DNA of 64,000 nt from Candidatus Moraniibacteriota bacterium (GTDB lineage: Bacteria > Patescibacteriota > Minisyncoccia > Moranbacterales > UBA1568): the NCBI GenBank assembly GCA_028688415.1, contig JAQTYF010000001.1:577895-641894 (forward strand), read 5' to 3'. A program made the translations under genes and the position numbers. The notes beneath the pieces are model-generated. The model was given only the letters and a program-made list of their open reading frames with translations. It made no database searches and was not told where the DNA came from. Shown here piece by piece: positions 57,748-64,000 of this stretch; within the stretch, counting starts at the first letter, position 1, and each line of letters starts with the position of its first letter.

Positions 57748-58800
57748 TTATTCTTCTGTTTCCGTTTTTCCACTGACTTTTTGAATTTCAGCCTTCCCGT
57801 CTTTTGATTGTGCGAGGATAGATTTTTCGATTTCTTTTGCCACTTTTGGATTTTCTTTCAGAAACACTTTAGCGGATTCACGTCCTGCGCCAAGCTTCAC
57901 TTCACCAAAAAGGAACGAGTTTCCTGATTTTTTGAGCGTTCCATAGATAACACCAGAGTCAAGGAGGTCTCCTGCAAGTGAAATACCTTCATTGTACATA
58001 ATATCAAATTCAGCAGTACGAAATGGTGCTGCGACCTTGTTCTTCACCACTTTGGCCTTCACACGATTCCCTACCACTTCTTCTCCTCGTTTGATCTGAG
58101 CACTCCGTCTCACTTCGATACGAACGGAAGAATAAAATTTGAGCGCCTGTCCTCCGGTAGTCGTCTCCGGATTACCAAACATCACACCAATCTTCATACG
58201 AATCTGATTGATAAAAATAACCACGACATTGGAACGAGCAATAATAGCGGTCAATTTTCGAAGAGCCTGCGACATAAGCCTCGCTTGACGGCCGACATGA
58301 TGATCGCCCATCTCACCTTCGATTTCTGCTTTTGGAACGAGGGCTGCGACAGAATCGACAACAATCACATCCACCATATTAGAACGAACGAGTGTTTCCA
58401 CGATATCGAGTGCCTGTTCGCCATTGTCTGGTTGAGAAATGAGGAGATCGTTGATATTCACCCCGATACGCTTGGCGTATTCTGGATCGAGTGCATGTTC
58501 TGCGTCGACAAAGGCAGCAATACCACCTGACTTCTGCGCATTGGCGATAATATGAAGCGACAGTGTCGTTTTACCAGATGATTCTGGACCATACACTTCT
58601 ACGACACGACCGCGTGGTACACCTCCGATACCGAGAGCGATATCGAGTGACACCGATCCCGTCGGAATCACCTCGACATCGACCTTACGGACGTCGCCAA
58701 GTTTCATCATCATTCCTTCACCAAATTTCTCTTGGATCGCATCCAAGACAGTATTGATTTTATCTTTCCCCTCACTTTTTGTCGTTTTGATCTTCGCCAT
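57748..58800 (-). CDS. recA: Recombinase RecA
   Basis: GPESSGKTT Walker A; IVVDSVAAL; GGQALKFY; full-length RecA pattern. Confidence 0.95.
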   Translation of the reverse strand: MAKIKTTKSEGKDKINTVLDAIQEKFGEGMMMKLGDVRKVDVEVIPTGSVSLDIALGIGGVPRGRVVEVYGPESSGKTTLSLHIIANAQKSGGIAAFVDAEHALDPEYAKRIGVNINDLLISQPDNGEQALDIVETLVRSNMVDVIVVDSVAALVPKAEIEGEMGDHHVGRQARLMSQALRKLTAIIARSNVVVIFINQIRMKIGVMFGNPETTTGGQALKFYSSVRIEVRRSAQIKRGEEVVGNRVKAKVVKNKVAAPFRTAEFDIMYNEGISLAGDLLDSGVIYGTLKKSGNSFLFGEVKLGAGRESAKVFLKENPKVAKEIEKSILAQSKDGKAEIQKVSGKTETEE

Positions 58801-58886
58801 ATGAGTTATTACAATGATTTATATTTTTGAATTATGTCCTCTGTTGTTTACTTCTCTTACAGAATAACATACACAAAGAAATACGT

Positions 58887-59876
58887 CTAGAGCTGTCTCC
58901 CAAGTGGAGTAAAAACAACCGCGTCTTCGATTTTTTTCTCGATAGAAAGGGACTCTTCTTCTGCATCATTCCATCGGATGAATGTCTGTGATGGCTTATC
59001 AGAAAAAACTGTTACTCGCTCTTTTGATATGACACTCTGTGGCGTATCTTGACGTAGGATTCCATCAAATACTTTCTCATCATCTACTTCGATCATCACT
59101 TGTGCGGGATTTTCACGTACCGACACTTCGACACGGAACATCTGAGATTCCATATCAAGAGACACTGGTACTGCTTCTGGTATTGGCTGTATATGAGAAG
59201 ACTCTATTACAAGCACTTCGACTTTCTGTTTTTCGAAACGATCGACTGCCATCACTGTCAGCGTATTGATCCCTGACTGTAGAGGAAGAGTACTAGAGAA
59301 ATTTCCCTCTCCATCGACAAAGATTGATTGGTCATTGATAGACACCCGTGCTCCCTTGTCCGTCTTTCCTTGTATAACAGCCGTATCTGTGTCTACGACT
59401 GTGCCGTTCATCGGACTCAGTATGACGAGACGAGGAACGAGAGCGAACGTCTGAAATTCACGGAAAACGTATATAAAAGCACCAAAAACAAGCAATACAA
59501 CAAACGTGATAACAATCGATTGTGGAGTGATAACGAGCGAAGCAATGTTGATATGTTTTTTATGAACGGGCTGTTCCTTGGGTTTTTGATGGAGATTTTC
59601 TTGGATATGACGCTCACGTTCGTAGAGCTTCATAAACACACCTTCATCAATATTGAGATACAGTGCATAACTCTTGAGGAAACCACGGACATAGACATCC
59701 GCCGGCAGTTTTTCATATTCTCCGTTTTCGAGATGTTCGAGATATTTCACCTGTATTCTCGTCGCCTTGGAAATCTCTGTGAGACTCATACGAAAATCTC
59801 CGCGAAGTTTTTTCAACTTCTCTCCCAGTGTCAGTGATTCAACCTTTTTCCGTGTAAAACCTTCACTCATAAACAT
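58887..59876 (-). CDS. RodZ-like cytoskeleton protein (XRE HTH + TM + DUF4115-like C-terminus)
   Basis: LGEKLKKLRGDFRMSLTEISKATRIQVKYLEHLENGEY is an XRE HTH; TM IVITFVVLLVFGAFIYVF; beta-rich C-terminal domain. Confidence 0.65.
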   Translation of the reverse strand: MFMSEGFTRKKVESLTLGEKLKKLRGDFRMSLTEISKATRIQVKYLEHLENGEYEKLPADVYVRGFLKSYALYLNIDEGVFMKLYERERHIQENLHQKPKEQPVHKKHINIASLVITPQSIVITFVVLLVFGAFIYVFREFQTFALVPRLVILSPMNGTVVDTDTAVIQGKTDKGARVSINDQSIFVDGEGNFSSTLPLQSGINTLTVMAVDRFEKQKVEVLVIESSHIQPIPEAVPVSLDMESQMFRVEVSVRENPAQVMIEVDDEKVFDGILRQDTPQSVISKERVTVFSDKPSQTFIRWNDAEEESLSIEKKIEDAVVFTPLGRQL

Positions 59877-59902
59877 CCTTCATCTCTTATCAATTACTTT
59901 CC

Positions 59903-62290
59903 TTACAACTGCCATTTATTCCGTTCTGATTGCTCTGCGATCGGATCATCGCCGTATTGTCTTTCTTCATCTTCTGCAGAAGCAGAGGTGATATCACCTT
60001 TACCAATCAGTACTGTTTTCTTGCCATCCACCATACCAACAACTCCATTGTCTTCGAGAAGACGCATCAGTCTGGCCGCTCTTGGATACCCGACACTAAA
60101 CGCTGTCTGAAAAGAAGTGGTCGAGGCTCGTCCGGACTGAATAGTCATCGCCTTGGCCTGTTCATACAAAGCATCTTCTTTCGCACCTTCATCGATGAGA
60201 CTGAGTGCCTCTGTGATATCGTCCGATTCTCCTTCTATCACTCCTTCAATATCATCACCGATACCGTCCTCCTCCTCATGCGCTTTTTTCTGTGCACAAA
60301 GAAACGACGTTACCGCATTGATTTCTGCTTCAGAGACGAGTACGCCCTGTATACGACGCATTTCTTTGCCATCAGCAGCCGAGTAAAGCATATCGCCATT
60401 GCCGAGCAATTTCTCAGCGCCACTCGTATCGAGGATAGTACGGGAGTCGATCTGTGATTTCAATTGAAAAGAAATACGAGCTGGAATGTTTGCTTTGATA
60501 AGTCCCGTGATGACGGTTGCTTCCGGTCGCTGTGTCGCGAGCACGAGATGAATACCGATAGCACGCGAAAGAGAAGCAAGACGCACAATGAGTGGCTCCA
60601 CTTCTTTCTGATGAGTCACCATGAGATCCGCCATTTCATCGATCATAATCACGATATATGGCATAGCAGGATAGGGTTCTTGTTTCACGGTACCAGCTTC
60701 TGTATTGACGACCGTACGCTTCTCTCCTTTGGCGATCATTTCGTGATACCCTTGGATATCTTGTTTGCCTGCTTCTTCGAGGATTTTGTATCGGTGTTCC
60801 ATCTGACCGACTGCCCAACGAAGTACGTTGACAACTTTTTTGTTCTCAACGATAACATCCGCTTTCAAATGAGGGATGCCTTTGTAGCGTGCAAAAGAAA
60901 CTCTCTTCGGATCAATCAAAATGAGTTGCAACTCTTCAGGCGTATTTTGGTAGAGTAGTGAAAGAAGAAAAGTATTCATACACACACTTTTCCCTGAACC
61001 TGTGCGACCAGCGATAAGAATGTGAGGCATCTTGGCAAGATTGGCCATTACTTTTTTTCCATTCACATCTTGACCAAGAGCGACCATGAGATCGGAAGTA
61101 CGAGACTTGTATGTATCGCTCTCGAGCATTGATCGGAGACGGACAGTAGCTACAGATTCATTCGGCACTTCGATACCGATGAGCGCTTGCCCAGGAATAG
61201 GTGCTTCAATACGAATTGATTTGGCAGAGAGTGCAAGAGCGAGATTATCAGAGAGCGCTGTAATACGAGAGAGCTTGACTCCAGAAGCCGGATGAAACGT
61301 ATACTGAGCGACAGTCGGACCGAGACGGACGTCTCCTGGTTCCACTTCAATACCAAAATGTTTGAGCGTATTCTGAATAATATGTTTTTTTGCCTCTATG
61401 TCACCTCCTGTTGCATGACCCGTTGCCTGTTCCAAGAGACTTACATCCGGAACTTCCCACGGTGTCGTTCCTGAATTTTTCTTTTTCAGACTGAGTTTCT
61501 TGATCAATACGGTCTCTCCTTCTCGAAACTTCAGATTACTAATGTTATTCTCTGCGAGTTTTGCTGTATCTTCTGGAGAAAGAGCTGAGGACACCTCTGA
61601 TGATTCTTCTGTTTCTTCTGGTATTTCTTGTTTTTCTGCCTCTCCCTGTGGTGCGACTGATACCATCTCTGCTACAACAGGATCGACAGAAGGAGATGCT
61701 TCTGGTGATTCTGGTGTTTCTTCTTTGCTCGGAAATAGTCTCCTCTGCAACCGCTCGAATGATGCGATGAGAGAAACATTGAATGAAGCAATCACACCGA
61801 TAATAAAAAATGTGAGAAGAATAATCGTTCCAGCAACCATCCCAGTAAACTTGATGAGAACAGAGGCAAAAGCAAAACCAACATACCCACCACCCTGTCC
61901 ATTACTCGCTACCTTGAGAAGCTCCTTGGTCGTATCTCCACTGTAGAGATGGAACAATCCGAGCACGGAAAAAAACGCGGTAATAAGACCGATAAATTTC
62001 ACCGCATCCGAGAGCGTGGTCTTACGTCCCTTGAGAAACATGAGTCCTGCAATAACAAGAAGGAGAGGGAAGAGCCATTTGCCCCATCCGAGCATCATCC
62101 CGAGACCCGTATTGATCCATACACCTAAGAGTCCGGCTGAACGGAAATAGGCAAGGAGAAAAAGCAGTGAGAGCGCAAACAAAAAAACCGCTGCGATACT
62201 TCGCTTGGCATCACTGTGTAAAATAGTTTCAATGGTGAAATCATCTTCTTCTGATTCTTCTACGACTTTTTTCTTTCGTCCCATAAGCAA
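59903..62290 (-). CDS. ftsK: DNA translocase FtsK/SpoIIIE
   Basis: Four or more N-terminal TMs, acidic linker, motor domain with HILIAGRTGSGKSVCMN Walker A, C-terminal gamma wHTH. Confidence 0.9.
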   Translation of the reverse strand: MLMGRKKKVVEESEEDDFTIETILHSDAKRSIAAVFLFALSLLFLLAYFRSAGLLGVWINTGLGMMLGWGKWLFPLLLVIAGLMFLKGRKTTLSDAVKFIGLITAFFSVLGLFHLYSGDTTKELLKVASNGQGGGYVGFAFASVLIKFTGMVAGTIILLTFFIIGVIASFNVSLIASFERLQRRLFPSKEETPESPEASPSVDPVVAEMVSVAPQGEAEKQEIPEETEESSEVSSALSPEDTAKLAENNISNLKFREGETVLIKKLSLKKKNSGTTPWEVPDVSLLEQATGHATGGDIEAKKHIIQNTLKHFGIEVEPGDVRLGPTVAQYTFHPASGVKLSRITALSDNLALALSAKSIRIEAPIPGQALIGIEVPNESVATVRLRSMLESDTYKSRTSDLMVALGQDVNGKKVMANLAKMPHILIAGRTGSGKSVCMNTFLLSLLYQNTPEELQLILIDPKRVSFARYKGIPHLKADVIVENKKVVNVLRWAVGQMEHRYKILEEAGKQDIQGYHEMIAKGEKRTVVNTEAGTVKQEPYPAMPYIVIMIDEMADLMVTHQKEVEPLIVRLASLSRAIGIHLVLATQRPEATVITGLIKANIPARISFQLKSQIDSRTILDTSGAEKLLGNGDMLYSAADGKEMRRIQGVLVSEAEINAVTSFLCAQKKAHEEEDGIGDDIEGVIEGESDDITEALSLIDEGAKEDALYEQAKAMTIQSGRASTTSFQTAFSVGYPRAARLMRLLEDNGVVGMVDGKKTVLIGKGDITSASAEDEERQYGDDPIAEQSERNKWQL

Positions 62291-62436
62291 ATATATATTT
62301 TTATCTTACTTTTTGAGTATACCACAAAACAGATTTTTCTGGAGTTTCAAGCATTTGTCGACAGAAATCAAGACAAATAAAAAAAGGTCTTTCGACCCGT
62401 TTCTATATTATAGCACATTTTTCTCTTTCTGTCAAT

Positions 62437-62468
62437 GCACAAAAGAAGGGGCATTCCTTCTTTTGTGC
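62437..62468. terminator. Hairpin downstream of the Cys-rich gene (possible terminator)
   Basis: gcacaaaagaagg-ggcatt-ccttcttttgtgc, a perfect 13-bp stem containing A/T runs. Confidence 0.4.
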
Positions 62469-62477
62469 TCAAGATTT

Positions 62478-63536
62478 CTACTGACCAGGAGCTGTCTCCT
62501 TCCAGTTAAGATCACAATAACGAGTACCTCTACAGTTATTCACGCCACAACCTTTTATGTCATTGTATCGTTTTCCATCACACACATTGTTCGTGTCTCC
62601 ACAAGCTGGAATACCGGAACAATCATTCTGAATTTTGACATATACCGTTCTGTTGGTTACTCCTGAGGCATTCGAACAGGAGATGGTGAAGGAAGTGGTA
62701 GGAGCCGTAACAGAGACAGAAGTAGAGCCGTCTGCAGGATCGATTGGTGCATTAGTCCAGCTAGCCGTAGAACTACTATCATCACTCGAATGACGACAAC
62801 TCGTTGCATTGGCAATGGTCCATGTGAGAATGGTAGATCTTTCTGATGTAAGTACGAGTGGATTTGCTTTCAGTGATACTGTTGGTTTATTGGTGTTGTA
62901 TGCAGAGCAGGAAGCTGGTGAGGGAGTGAGTGCGGCACACGTACCACTACAATTGTAAGTTCCCAGATTCTGCTTTCCACACTGATTCGGAGCAGAGAGA
63001 CAGGTTACACCGGCAACTCTGTACCAACGTTCTTGAGCATTGGTAGGAGCTGGTGCATCGCACGTTCCATTGCACACAATCACACCCGAGGTAGTCGTTC
63101 CAGAATCTCCACAGGAGTTCACACTCCCTGTTTTCTGACAGGCAGTACCGTATCCTGTAGGGAGAGCGGGAGGAGTAGCACTACAAACACCTGCACAATT
63201 GTATGTACCAGAAGTGGTACCACAAGCATTGGCAACAGAAGTACAAGTTCTACCATTCAATGCGGAGCAAGGAGGAACGACTGGTCTCGAATTGCCACCA
63301 CCGCCGCTTCGAGCCCCAGATGTTGATCCTCCTACAGCATTACCGCAGTTATTATTATTTCCACGATTACCACTACCATCACGACTGCCACTTGTACCAC
63401 TACTACTACTCGTACCACTCGAACCATCACTCCATGCCATTGATCTTTCTATATGAAAGAATCTACCATTGCCCATCCCGAAAGAAACACCGATGCTAAC
63501 AATGAAAATTATGAGAAAAGTTTTAATAGTATTCAT
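62478..63536 (-). CDS. Secreted Cys/Gly/Ser/Thr-rich repeat protein of unknown function (composition about 50 % GC, above local background)
   Basis: Signal peptide MNTIKTFLIIFIVSIGVSFG; repeated C.(n)GTYNC.G.C modules (GTTSGTYNCAGVCSA, GKQNLGTYNCSGTCAA, GVIVCNGTCDA); 32 Cys. Confidence 0.55.
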   Translation of the reverse strand: MNTIKTFLIIFIVSIGVSFGMGNGRFFHIERSMAWSDGSSGTSSSSGTSGSRDGSGNRGNNNNCGNAVGGSTSGARSGGGGNSRPVVPPCSALNGRTCTSVANACGTTSGTYNCAGVCSATPPALPTGYGTACQKTGSVNSCGDSGTTTSGVIVCNGTCDAPAPTNAQERWYRVAGVTCLSAPNQCGKQNLGTYNCSGTCAALTPSPASCSAYNTNKPTVSLKANPLVLTSERSTILTWTIANATSCRHSSDDSSSTASWTNAPIDPADGSTSVSVTAPTTSFTISCSNASGVTNRTVYVKIQNDCSGIPACGDTNNVCDGKRYNDIKGCGVNNCRGTRYCDLNWKETAPGQ

Positions 63537-63539
63537 ATG

Positions 63540-64000
63540 TTATTTCCAATCATCTACAAATAAACTCAATTGATCAAATGAAGTAAGATCCAAGAGATTT
63601 CTTTTTTCCTGTGTTGCAAGATTCATAATAACAAGTCGAGCTTGGGTCGGAGGATCAGTCCAATCCACTTCTTCAAAGGCTATATATTTTTCATCTGGCG
63701 AGAAAATTGGCCAAAAAGCATGTGATTTAATATCATACATAAAAGTCGCTTCAAACGGACTCCAGGAAGAAACTTCAAAGACATAAATGTCTCCTCCATC
63801 TGGATATGACCAAGCAATATATTTCCCATTCGGAGAGAGAGAAAATTGTTGATTAAAACTCACACCATCAGATTCCGTCTTCCAAATATGCTCACTTGAT
63901 TTATCTTCTAAATCAATTTTATACAATCCATCATTTCGTAAAACAACAACTGATCTGCCATCCGGAGTCAATATCGGCATAGCACCTTGTGCAATTTTTT
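63540..64000 (-). CDS. PD40/TolB-like beta-propeller repeat protein, C-terminal part (gene continues past the window end)
   Basis: SPNGKYIAWSYPDGGDIYVF and SPDEKYIAFEEVDW PD40-type blades; reading frame stays open to position 64000. Confidence 0.55.
   Translation of the reverse strand, partial: KIAQGAMPILTPDGRSVVVLRNDGLYKIDLEDKSSEHIWKTESDGVSFNQQFSLSPNGKYIAWSYPDGGDIYVFEVSSWSPFEATFMYDIKSHAFWPIFSPDEKYIAFEEVDWTDPPTQARLVIMNLATQEKRNLLDLTSFDQLSLFVDDWK

Overview
This is a low-GC (about 38-40 %), gene-dense bacterial window. Nearly every gene is on the minus strand and Shine-Dalgarno sites are weak, a content that resembles small-genome Patescibacteria/CPR-like bacteria; that assignment is inference only. 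Recognisable housekeeping blocks: pyrE-pyrF; a tRNA cluster of tRNA-Glu, Trp, Thr, Tyr and Thr interleaved with rpmG (absent from the ORF track); rpsB-tsf; rpmE; prfA-prmC; rmuC; a WecA/MraY-family transferase; holB; mreB-murA; trxB; murD; gap-fba-tpiA-galT; recA; a rodZ-like gene; ftsK. Glycosylation genes are abundant: two GT-C (PMT-like) enzymes, a GT2 DPM-synthase-like enzyme and two GT4 enzymes. The main accessory region is a six-gene minus-strand operon (18185..27845). It ends in a membrane-anchored VirB4/VirD4-like type IV secretion ATPase and is otherwise made of large uncharacterised proteins: a 988-aa LysM-like membrane protein, two acidic paralogs sharing a C-terminal domain and two small acidic proteins. 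An 824-aa membrane protein with a PP2C-like N-terminal half lies convergent to it. This is the best candidate for an undescribed T4SS-like system. Other notable items are a 1,806-aa surface protein (YVTN propeller plus FN3 domains, near-identical internal DNA repeats); a CsoR/CstR-family repressor with a textbook operator heading an SDR-trxB operon; a ~155-bp palindromic MITE/ERIC-like element present twice; a 52-aa lysine-rich protein encoded by 36-bp tandem repeats, which the ORF track translates on the wrong strand; and a GC-rich single-gene islet beside the tRNA cluster. No CRISPR array, rRNA or recognisable transposase was found.
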